DNA of 32,000 nucleotides from Rhodobacter capsulatus SB 1003 (GTDB lineage Bacteria > Pseudomonadota > Alphaproteobacteria > Rhodobacterales > Rhodobacteraceae): assembly GCF_000021865.1 (NCBI RefSeq), contig NC_014034.1:1860001-1892000 (forward strand). Direction: 5' to 3'. Below, piece after piece: positions 1 through 7,912 of the stretch. The notes under the pieces were generated by a model. That model did no database searches. It saw only the letters and a list, made by a program, of their open reading frames with translations, and had not been told where the DNA came from. The translations under genes were made by a program, and so were the position numbers. Numbering within the stretch: the first letter of the stretch is position 1; each line of letters opens with the position of its first letter.

Positions 1-1237
1 CGTTGTAATTCTGGCGCAGGGTCTCGAATTCCGCCGCCATCGGCCGGTCAAGCCGGTGGTCAAGTTCGCCCGCGCTCATCGCGGCGATCGCCTGCTGGAA
101 TTCGAAGATCGCCGCCTTGCGCGCGGTGATGTCGGTGGCGAATTTCACCACCTTGTAGGGCTTGCCCTCGGCGTCGAGGATCGGGTTGTAGCTGGCCTGG
201 ATCCAGACCTCCTGCCCGGATTTGCCGATGCGGCGGAACTCGCCCACCTGCGGCTGTCCGGCGCGCAGATCGGCCCAGAAGCTGCGATAGGCGGCGCTGT
301 CGCGGTCTTCGGGGCTGAGGAAGGTGGAATGGTGCTTGCCGATCACTTCCGGCAGGCCGTAGCCCAGAGCCCGCAAAAAGATGTCGTTCGCGGTCAGGGT
401 GTTGCCGTTCATGTCGAATTCGATCGTCGCCTGCGAGCGGTTCAGCGCGGTGATCTGCCCGGCCTGATCGAGGGCGATGGTCTTGTCCGCCGTCACGTCA
501 TAGGCGAATTTCACGATGCCGGTCAGCTTTCCGTCCAGCCCGAAGAGCGGGTTGTAGGTGGCGCGCAGCCAGATTTCGCGGCCGTTCTTGCCGATGCGCA
601 GGAATTCGCCCTCGACCAGCTGGCCCGCGCGCAGGGTGTTCCAGAACTGAGCATAATCGGGCAGATCGGCCTTGCCCGCGGGCATGAACATGCGGTGTGA
701 CTTGCCGATCACCTCCGCCTCGGCGTAGCCGGTGACCTTCAGGAAATTCTCGTTCACCTCGGTCACCGTGCCGTCCAGACTGAATTCGATCACCGCGGCC
801 GAGCGGCAGATGGCCTGCATCATCGCCTCCATCCGCTTGGCTTTTTGGGTTTTTTCGGTGACATCGGCGGCAAAGTTCACCACCTGCGTGACCTTGCCCG
901 CGCTGTCGCGGACCGGCACATAGGTCGCCTCGATCCAGACGGTGTCGCCGTTCTTGCGCAGCCGCGCCGCGGTGACGCGCTGCACCTGGCCCGCGCGCAG
1001 ACCGTCCCAGAACGGGCCCTTGCCGATGCGCGCGGCATCTTCGGGCGGCATCACCACGGCGATGGATTTCCCGGACAATTCCGCGGGCGCATAGCCCATC
1101 AGCGCGCTGTAGACCGGATTTGCCTGCTCGATCTTGCCGGTCATGTCGAAGATGACCACCGCCAGCGCGGTTTCGACGGCGGTTTTCTCTGCTTTTTCAA
1201 GGACAGTCTCGACAGTGGACTTCGAGCGGAACAGCAT
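1..1237 (-). CDS. PAS-domain sensory protein, probably a soluble methyl-accepting chemotaxis protein; N-terminal ~412 codons only (3' end lies beyond the window start)
   Basis: Absent from the ORF track because it is open at the window edge. My minus-strand translation from ATG 1237-1235 (GGAG 5 nt upstream) reads MLFRSKSTVETVLEKAEKTAVETALAVVIFDMTGKIEQANPVYSALMGY... It contains three PAS-like repeats, e.g. GEFRRIGKSGQEVWIQASYNPILDAEGKPYKVVKFATDIT. It ends at the window edge with ...SAGELDHRLDRPMAAEFETLRQNYN, which resembles the linker preceding MCP signalling domains. The + strand ORFs 56..700 and 845..1300 are Arg/Gly-rich mirror ORFs. Confidence 0.8.
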   Translation of the reverse strand, partial: MLFRSKSTVETVLEKAEKTAVETALAVVIFDMTGKIEQANPVYSALMGYAPAELSGKSIAVVMPPEDAARIGKGPFWDGLRAGQVQRVTAARLRKNGDTVWIEATYVPVRDSAGKVTQVVNFAADVTEKTQKAKRMEAMMQAICRSAAVIEFSLDGTVTEVNENFLKVTGYAEAEVIGKSHRMFMPAGKADLPDYAQFWNTLRAGQLVEGEFLRIGKNGREIWLRATYNPLFGLDGKLTGIVKFAYDVTADKTIALDQAGQITALNRSQATIEFDMNGNTLTANDIFLRALGYGLPEVIGKHHSTFLSPEDRDSAAYRSFWADLRAGQPQVGEFRRIGKSGQEVWIQASYNPILDAEGKPYKVVKFATDITARKAAIFEFQQAIAAMSAGELDHRLDRPMAAEFETLRQNYN

Positions 1238-1314
1238 GATGACTCCAGTGCGGCAAAACGGCGAGGCCACTTTAGGCGCCGGGTCTTGCCGTCACGTTAA
1301 TCCGCGCGTCAATT

Positions 1315-2322
1315 TCACGCTTTCTTGCCGTCCCTGGCCCAGCTTTGCATCACTTTGATGTAATTCGCCCGCTCGTAGCCCTCGGGATCCTCGATCGCGC
1401 CATGCGCCAGCATCCCCCGCACCGCGCCCAGATGGTTCACCCCCCGCGCCGTCAGCCAGTCTTCAAGCCCGCGCACCAGCACCTCCATATGCCCCGGCCC
1501 GTGCCGCAAAAGCGCCGAGGTGCTCATCACCACATCCGCCCCGGCCAGAAGATAGCGCACCACATCCTCGGCGCTTTCGACCCCGGTCGAGGCCGCAAGC
1601 GAACCGCCCAGCCGCCCCGACAACACGCCCACCCACAACAGCGGCAGCCGCATCTCGTAGCGCGTCGACAGCTGCAGCGCCGGGGTGACGCTCAGCCCGA
1701 CCGGGTCGATCTCGGGCTGATAGAAGCGGTTGAACAGCACGACCCCCTTTGCCCCCGCTGCAACGATGCGCTTGGCCATATGCGCGGGCGACGAAAAATA
1801 GGGCCCGATCTTCACCGCCACCGGGATCTTCACCGTCTCGCAGACCGCGCGCACCACATCGAGCGTGCGCCGCTCCACATCCGAGCCCGAGACATTCGGG
1901 TCGGTGGGCAGGAAATAGACGTTCAGCTCGATCGCGGCGGCGCCCGCCTCCTCCATGTCATGCGCGGTGTCGGTCCAGCCGGTGTCGGTGGTGCCGTTGA
2001 TCGAGGCGATGACCGGCACGCTCAGCGCGGTTGCCGCCCGTTCCACCAGCCCGAGCGTGTTCGAGCTTTCAAAGGCAAAGGCCGCCTGAGCCGGAAAATA
2101 GCTCAAGGCCTCGCCGTAGCTTTCGGTGCCATGCTCGACAAGCTGGTCAAGGATGCGCTGCTCGTGCCAGATCTGCTCCTCGAAAACCGAGGGCAGCACC
2201 ACCGCGCCCGCGCCACAATCGGCCAGCTGCCGGAGCACATCCAGCCGCGCATTCATCGGGCTGGCCGAGGCGACGACGGGGCTTTGCAGATCAAGGCCCA
2301 GATAGCGGGTTTTCAAGTCCAT
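1315..2322 (-). CDS. Dihydroorotate/dihydropyrimidine dehydrogenase-like FMN TIM-barrel protein (335 aa), no attached ferredoxin domain
   Basis: Track ORF 1315..2865 trimmed to the in-frame ATG 2322-2320 (MDLKTRYLGLDLQSPVVASASPMN...). GAGGA lies 7 nt upstream, and the start is 10 nt after the nifJ stop. Overall resemblance to class 1 DHOD/PreA barrels (IELNVY, VKIGPYFS, VVLFNRF, GADVVMSTSALL). Confidence 0.85.
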   Translation of the reverse strand: MDLKTRYLGLDLQSPVVASASPMNARLDVLRQLADCGAGAVVLPSVFEEQIWHEQRILDQLVEHGTESYGEALSYFPAQAAFAFESSNTLGLVERAATALSVPVIASINGTTDTGWTDTAHDMEEAGAAAIELNVYFLPTDPNVSGSDVERRTLDVVRAVCETVKIPVAVKIGPYFSSPAHMAKRIVAAGAKGVVLFNRFYQPEIDPVGLSVTPALQLSTRYEMRLPLLWVGVLSGRLGGSLAASTGVESAEDVVRYLLAGADVVMSTSALLRHGPGHMEVLVRGLEDWLTARGVNHLGAVRGMLAHGAIEDPEGYERANYIKVMQSWARDGKKA

Positions 2323-2332
2323 TCCGGGATCC

Positions 2333-5300
2333 TCACATCTTGCCGGCCGCGCCGAGGGCCCGGGCCGGGTCCGGTCCTGCATCCATACGTGCAAAGTCCT
2401 CGTAACTGCGATATTTTTCAAGCACCGCCTGTTGCGCGTCGTTAAGCAAGGCCGCCGCCTCCTCGGGTCGGGTGGCGGCCAGCGCGGAATAGCGCAGCTC
2501 GTTATAGGCATAGTCCTTGAAGGGCAGGGTCGGGCGCGGACTGTCGAGCCGGAACGGCGCCTCTCCTGTGCCGCGCAGCTGCGGGTCGTAGCGCAGAAGC
2601 GGCCAGTAGCCCGAGGCGACGGCGCGGTCTTGCTGGTCAAGCCCGCGGCGGATGTCGAAGCCATGCGCGATGCAATGGCTGTAGGCCAGGATGAGGGACG
2701 GGCCGTCATAGGCCTCGGCCTCGCGGAAGGCCTGCAGGGTCTGTTGCGGATTGGCCCCCATCGCCACCTGCGCGACATAGACATTGCCGTAGGCGACGGC
2801 CTGCAGCGCCAGATCCTTGCGCGCGGTACGCTTGCCCGCGGCGGCGAATTTCGCAATCGCGCCAAGGGGGGTGGCCTTCGAAGCCTGGCCGCCGGTGTTC
2901 GAATAGACCTCGGTATCCATCACAAGGATATTCACGTTGCGCCCGGAGGCCAGAACGTGATCAAGCCCGCCATAGCCGATGTCATAGGCCCAGCCATCGC
3001 CGCCGACGATCCAGATCGAACGCCGCACCAGATGGTCGATCACGCTCATCAGATGTTGCGCCCGCGGCGCGTCGCGATGTGCTAGCAACCGGGTCTTCAG
3101 CGTCGCCACCCGCTCGCGCTGCGCCCGGATCTCGCTTTCGCGGATCTGCGGCGCCGACAGGATCGCCGCCACCAGATCCTCGCCGACCTCGGGGGCCATG
3201 TCCGCGGCCAGATTGCGCGCCAGGTCCAGATGCTTGTCGGCCGCGAGCCGGAAGCCCAGACCGAATTCGGCGTTATCTTCGAAGAGCGAATTCGCCCAGG
3301 CCGGGCCGCGGCCTTCGCAGTTCTTCGTCCAGGGCGTCACCGGCAGGTTGCCCGAATAGATCGAGGAACAGCCGGTCGCATTCGCGATCATCAGCCGGTC
3401 GCCGAAAAGCTGGCTCAGCAGCTTGACGTAAGGGGTTTCCCCGCAACCCGCGCAGGCGCCCGAAAACTCGAACAGCGGTTCCAGGAATTGCACGCCGCGG
3501 ACATTGGCGAAATCGACGCGGGCGCGGTCGTTCACCGGCAGATGCGCGAAAAAGCCCATCGCCTGCCGCGCCTCTTCCAGCAGCCCCGCCTTGTCGGTCA
3601 GGTTCAGCGCCTTGACGCCCGGCTCGACCGGGCTTTGCGCCGGGCAGGCCTCGATACACAATCCGCAGCCGGTGCAATCCTCGACATGGAATTGCAGGCT
3701 GAACCGCGCGCCCGGATAGCCGCGGGCATTGACCGGGGCGGATTTGAACACCTCGGGCGCGCCTTCCAGCAGGTCCTCGTCGAAATATTTCGCCCGGATG
3801 ACCGAATGCGGGCACACGAAGCTGCATTGGCCGCACTGGATGCACAGGTCGCTGCGCCAAGCCGGAACCTCGTCGGCGACATTCCGTTTTTCCCAGGCCG
3901 CGGTGCCGGTCGGGAAGGTGCCGTCCGCGGGCAAAAGGCTGACCGGGATCTCGTCGCCGCGGTCCTCCATCATCAGCGCGGTGACGCGGCGCACGAATTC
4001 GGGCGCGGTGGGCGGCACGGCGGGCGGGCGCTCGAAGCCTGAGGTGACGGCGCCTGGGACTTTCACCTCATGCAGCCGTTCCAGCGCGCCATCGACGGCG
4101 GCCCAGTTCTGTTCGATCACCCTTTTGCCCTTGCGGCCATAGGTTTTCTTGATCGCGGCCTTGATCTGCGCGATCGCCTCCTCGCGCGGCAGCACGCCCG
4201 AAAGCGCAAAGAAACAGGTCTGCAGGATGGTGTTCGTCCGCCGCCCCAGCCCCACCTCGCGCGCGGCCTTGTTGGCGTCGATGACGTAAAGCTTCAGCCC
4301 CTTCGTCAAGATCGTCTGCTGCGCCGACCTTGGCAGGCGGTCCCAGATCCTGTCGGGTCCGAAGGGCGCGTTCAAAAGCACCGTCGCGCCCGGCGCCGCG
4401 ACGCGCAGGATGTCGATTTTCGACAGGAAGGGGAACTGGTGGCAGGCAACGAAATTCGCCTGATGGATCAGATAGGGCGCCTTGATCGGCCGCGGGCCGA
4501 AGCGCAGATGCGACACCGTCTGCGCCCCCGACTTGTGGCTGTCATAGACGAAATAGCCCTGCGCCGAAAGCCCGGCCTCCTCGGCCAGGATCTTGACCGA
4601 ATTCTTGTTGGCGCCCACCGTCCCATCGGCGCCAAGGCCGAAAAAGACCGCGCGGACAACATCTTCGGGCTCGGTGTGAAAGTCCGGATCGACGCTCAGG
4701 CTGGTGAAGCTGACATCATCGGTGATGCCCACGGTGAAGCCCTGTTTCGGCGCGTCTTTCGCCAGCTCGTCGTAAACCGCCTTCACCTGCGCCGGGTCGA
4801 AATCCTTGGACGACAGCCCGTAACGCCCGCCGGTGATGCGCGGCAGGGTGGCGCGCGTGCCGGTCGCCACCGCCTCGCACAGCGTCGCCACGACATCAAG
4901 GAACAAGGGCTCCCCCGGCGCACCGGGTTCCTTGCAGCGGTCGAGCACGGCCAGCTTCGTGCAGGTCGCGGGCAGGGCGGCCAGAAACGCCGCGGCCGGG
5001 AAGGGGCGGTACAGCCGCACGATCAGCGCGCCCAGTTTCGCGCCCCGCGCATTCAGGGCCGTCAAAGCCTCTTCGACCACCTCGGCGCTCGAGCCCATGA
5101 TCACGATCACCCGTTCGGCCTCGGGGTCGCCCAGATAATCGACCAGGCCATAGCGCCGCCCGGTCAGGGCGCCCAGCCGCGCCATTTCCGCGGCGACGAT
5201 CGCGGGCACGGCGGCGTGGAACGGGTTGCCCGCCTCGCGGCCCTGAAAGAACACGTCGGGGTTTTGCGCCGTGCCGCGCACCACCGGATTGTCGGGCGAC

Positions 5301-5962
5301 AGCGCCCGGGCCCGATGGGCGCGCACCAGATCATCGTCGATCATCGCGCGGATCGTGTCATCGGGGATCAGCCGCAGCGTGTTGACCTCGTGGCTGGTGC
5401 GGAAACCGTCGAAGAAATGCACAAAGGGCACGCGGGCGCGCAAAGTCGCCGCCTGCGCGATCAGCGCCATGTCATGCGCCTCCTGCACCGAGGCCGAGGC
5501 CAGCATCGCAAAGCCCGTCGATCGCACCGCCATCACGTCGGAATGATCGCCAAAGATCGAGAGCGCATGCGTGGCCAGCGCCCGGGCCGCGACATGAAAG
5601 ACCGTGGGCGTCAGTTCGCCCGCGATCTTGAACATGTTCGGGATCATCAGCATCAAGCCTTGCGAGGCGGTGAAGGTCGTCGTCATCGCGCCCGCCTGCA
5701 GCGCGCCATGCACCGCGCCCGCGGCGCCCGCCTCGGATTGCATTTCCTGAATCACGGGGACATTGCCCCAGATGTTCGTCACCCCGCGCGCCGCCCATTC
5801 GTCGGCCAGCTCCGCCATCGTGGAGGAGGGCGTGATCGGATAGATGCCGCAGACCTCGTTCACCCGATAGGCGACATGGGCCCCGGCGGTGTTGCCATCC
5901 ATCACCGCGCGCAGGCCGGTTTCGGTCGCGGCCTTGGGCGTTTCGGCCAGACTGTCACGCAT
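2333..5962 (-). CDS. nifJ: Pyruvate:ferredoxin/flavodoxin oxidoreductase, single-polypeptide type (1209 aa)
   Basis: N-terminus ...MDGNTAGAHVAYRVNEVCGIYPITPSS. Two ferredoxin motifs, CIQCGQCSFVCP and CTGCGLCIEACP. TPP-binding block IVGGDGWAYDIGYGGLDH...VMDTEVYSNTGGQ. ATG 5962-5960 overlaps the upstream stop codon (5957-5955) by 8 nt, with GAGGAGA 6 nt upstream. An alternative start at M21 (5902) is possible. Confidence 0.95.
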   Translation of the reverse strand: MRDSLAETPKAATETGLRAVMDGNTAGAHVAYRVNEVCGIYPITPSSTMAELADEWAARGVTNIWGNVPVIQEMQSEAGAAGAVHGALQAGAMTTTFTASQGLMLMIPNMFKIAGELTPTVFHVAARALATHALSIFGDHSDVMAVRSTGFAMLASASVQEAHDMALIAQAATLRARVPFVHFFDGFRTSHEVNTLRLIPDDTIRAMIDDDLVRAHRARALSPDNPVVRGTAQNPDVFFQGREAGNPFHAAVPAIVAAEMARLGALTGRRYGLVDYLGDPEAERVIVIMGSSAEVVEEALTALNARGAKLGALIVRLYRPFPAAAFLAALPATCTKLAVLDRCKEPGAPGEPLFLDVVATLCEAVATGTRATLPRITGGRYGLSSKDFDPAQVKAVYDELAKDAPKQGFTVGITDDVSFTSLSVDPDFHTEPEDVVRAVFFGLGADGTVGANKNSVKILAEEAGLSAQGYFVYDSHKSGAQTVSHLRFGPRPIKAPYLIHQANFVACHQFPFLSKIDILRVAAPGATVLLNAPFGPDRIWDRLPRSAQQTILTKGLKLYVIDANKAAREVGLGRRTNTILQTCFFALSGVLPREEAIAQIKAAIKKTYGRKGKRVIEQNWAAVDGALERLHEVKVPGAVTSGFERPPAVPPTAPEFVRRVTALMMEDRGDEIPVSLLPADGTFPTGTAAWEKRNVADEVPAWRSDLCIQCGQCSFVCPHSVIRAKYFDEDLLEGAPEVFKSAPVNARGYPGARFSLQFHVEDCTGCGLCIEACPAQSPVEPGVKALNLTDKAGLLEEARQAMGFFAHLPVNDRARVDFANVRGVQFLEPLFEFSGACAGCGETPYVKLLSQLFGDRLMIANATGCSSIYSGNLPVTPWTKNCEGRGPAWANSLFEDNAEFGLGFRLAADKHLDLARNLAADMAPEVGEDLVAAILSAPQIRESEIRAQRERVATLKTRLLAHRDAPRAQHLMSVIDHLVRRSIWIVGGDGWAYDIGYGGLDHVLASGRNVNILVMDTEVYSNTGGQASKATPLGAIAKFAAAGKRTARKDLALQAVAYGNVYVAQVAMGANPQQTLQAFREAEAYDGPSLILAYSHCIAHGFDIRRGLDQQDRAVASGYWPLLRYDPQLRGTGEAPFRLDSPRPTLPFKDYAYNELRYSALAATRPEEAAALLNDAQQAVLEKYRSYEDFARMDAGPDPARALGAAGKM

Positions 5963-7598
5963 GAGAGGTCTCCTCGGGCATCAGCTCCATCGCGCCGCAG
6001 GGGCATTGCGCAACGCAGCTGGCGCAGCCGGTGCATTTCGTCAGCTCGATGCGATAGCCGCGGCCGGGGCCGTGCTTGACGATCGCCTGTTCCGGGCAGG
6101 CGGCAAAGCAGTTGTCGCATTCATAGCACTGGCCGCAGGAATAGCAGCGTTGCGCCTCGTAGCGGGCTTCTCTCGTGGTCAGCCCCTTGATGATTTCCTG
6201 AAAGCCGCCCAGTCGTGCGGCCTCGGCCAGCCGCCGCTCGGCGCTTTGCAGCGCATCGGCATAGACCGGCAGGTTGAGCCGGGAAAATCCGGCCAGAGGG
6301 GCAGGGGGTTCGGGCCGATGCGCGCCGCCCGAAAGCCAGGCGTCGATGTGGCGCGCGGCCAGCTTGCCATGCCCGGTCGAGATCGTCACCGATTGTTGCG
6401 CAGGCACCATGTCGCCGCCCGCGAAAATCCCCGCAGCGCCGGTCTGCATGTCGGGGCCGATCACCACCGCGCCATCGGGGGTGAAGGCAAGCCCCGGCAC
6501 CGCCTGCAGAAATCCGCTGTCCGATTGCTGCCCCACGGCCAGCACCAGCGCATCCGCCGAAAGCGTCTCGATCTCGCCCGTCGGCTGCGGGCGGCCCTCG
6601 CTGTCCAGTTCCATCCGCTCGATCTGCAGATCGGAGCCCGAGATTTCCTTGATCGTCGAAAGCCAGCGGATCTTCACGCCCTCTTCCAGCGCCTCATCGG
6701 CTTCAAACCCATGCGCGGGCATGTGGTCGCGGTCGCGCCGGTAGACGATGATGGTTTCGGTGGCCCCCAGACGCTTGGCCGTGCGCGCGGCATCCATCGC
6801 GGTGTTGCCGCCGCCATAGATGACGACGCGCCGCCCCAGCATCGGCGGCGCGGCCGAGGAAGTGTCGCGCAGAAGCTTCACCGCATCCAGCACCCGGGCG
6901 GCATCGCGCGCGGGGATCTCGACGCGCTTGCCCATCCCGGCACCGATCGCCAGAAAGACCGCGTCAAAGCCGCCCGCGGTCTTTTCCGCCATCAGGTCCG
7001 TGACCTTGTGGTTGAGCGTGATCCTGACGCCGAGCGCTTCGATCCGCGCCACATCGGCGGCCAGCTCCGCCCGCGGCATCCGATAGGCGGGAATGCCGAA
7101 ATGCATCATCCCGCCCGCGACCGGCCCGGCCTCGCGGATCTCGACCTCATGGCCGATGCGGGCGAGGTGATAAGCGGCCGAAAGCCCCGCAGGCCCCGCG
7201 CCGACGATCAGCACGCGCTTGCCCGTGGCGTCGCGCAGCCGGTGAAAGGCCCAGCCCTCGCGCGTGGCCATGTCGCCCAGGAACCGCTCGACCGCGTGGA
7301 TCGACAGCGCGCTGTCCACCTCGGCCCGGTTGCAGCCGGTCTCGCAGGGGTGATAGCAGACGCGGCCATGCACGGCGGGCATCGGATTGTCTTCGGTGAG
7401 TTTCTCCCAGGCCTGGCGGTAGCGGCCGTCCTGTGCCAGCGACAGCCAGGCGCGGATGTTTTCCCCCGCCGGACAGGCGGCCTGACAGGGCGGGGTCAGG
7501 GTGACATAGGCGGGATGCTGGCTGCGCACCGGCCCCGTGCTGCCCCGCGAACCGCTTGGAACGATCAAGGGCGTCAAATCCCGCAGCCGCGTGCTCAT
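5955..7598 (-). CDS. GltD/PreT-like NAD(P)H-dependent flavo-iron-sulfur oxidoreductase with a C-terminal 2x[4Fe-4S] ferredoxin domain (547 aa)
   Basis: N-terminal Cys motifs PPCQAACPAG and CYHPCETGC. Two dinucleotide-binding motifs, VGAGPAGLSAA and IYGGGNTAMDAA. C-terminal CYSCGQCYECDNCFAACP ... CTGCASCVAQCP. GGAGAAG Shine-Dalgarno sequence just upstream of ATG 7598-7596. Confidence 0.9.
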   Translation of the reverse strand: MSTRLRDLTPLIVPSGSRGSTGPVRSQHPAYVTLTPPCQAACPAGENIRAWLSLAQDGRYRQAWEKLTEDNPMPAVHGRVCYHPCETGCNRAEVDSALSIHAVERFLGDMATREGWAFHRLRDATGKRVLIVGAGPAGLSAAYHLARIGHEVEIREAGPVAGGMMHFGIPAYRMPRAELAADVARIEALGVRITLNHKVTDLMAEKTAGGFDAVFLAIGAGMGKRVEIPARDAARVLDAVKLLRDTSSAAPPMLGRRVVIYGGGNTAMDAARTAKRLGATETIIVYRRDRDHMPAHGFEADEALEEGVKIRWLSTIKEISGSDLQIERMELDSEGRPQPTGEIETLSADALVLAVGQQSDSGFLQAVPGLAFTPDGAVVIGPDMQTGAAGIFAGGDMVPAQQSVTISTGHGKLAARHIDAWLSGGAHRPEPPAPLAGFSRLNLPVYADALQSAERRLAEAARLGGFQEIIKGLTTREARYEAQRCYSCGQCYECDNCFAACPEQAIVKHGPGRGYRIELTKCTGCASCVAQCPCGAMELMPEETSHA

Positions 7599-7693
7599 GG
7601 TCTTCTCCGGTGGTGGTGTCCCGACCGGGAAAGCCTAGCGCGCCTGTGCAAAGCTGTGCATGACTTGGATCATTTCGAAGAAGATGTGCACGG

Positions 7694-7909
7694 CTGAGGA
7701 GGGGGAGAAAATGGTCGGTTCGGGCGGATCAGGAAAAGCACTGCTTTTCCCCGCCCGTGTCGCGACAGCGTTGCAAAGACCGCATCCCCAAGCGCGCGAG
7801 AGGCCAGCGCCCAGCCCCGGCGGCGCGAAAGCGCCGCCATGGGCGGGGCGGGCGCTGGCCGAGGGCCTTTGGGGCCCCCGGCGGTCAGGGGGATCTGTTG
7901 CGCATGGCC
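7694..7909. repeat. Copy A of a ~200-bp structured intergenic repeat (partner at 14885..15085)
   Basis: Direct alignment by eye with 14885..15085. Shared blocks are tcgggcggatcaggaaa.gcac.gc.tttccccgcccgt, gaccgcatcccca, ccccggcgg...cgccatgggcggggcgggcgctg and a tttgg loop. Three hairpins: 7721-7757, 7819-7838 and 7858-7882. Confidence 0.8.
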
Positions 7910-7912
7910 GCG

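Noticed and set aside
1296-1313. Possible CtrA box upstream of the PAS-MCP gene (TTGA-N8-TTAAC on the minus strand)
   Set aside because: The spacer is 8 rather than 7 nt and one half-site is degenerate. Only a TTAAC half-site remains, which is too common to call.
7666-7680. FNR-like sequence TTGGATCATTTCGAA upstream of the gltD-like/nifJ operon
   Set aside because: The second half-site (TTCGA versus ATCAA) is a poor match and the sequence is not palindromic.
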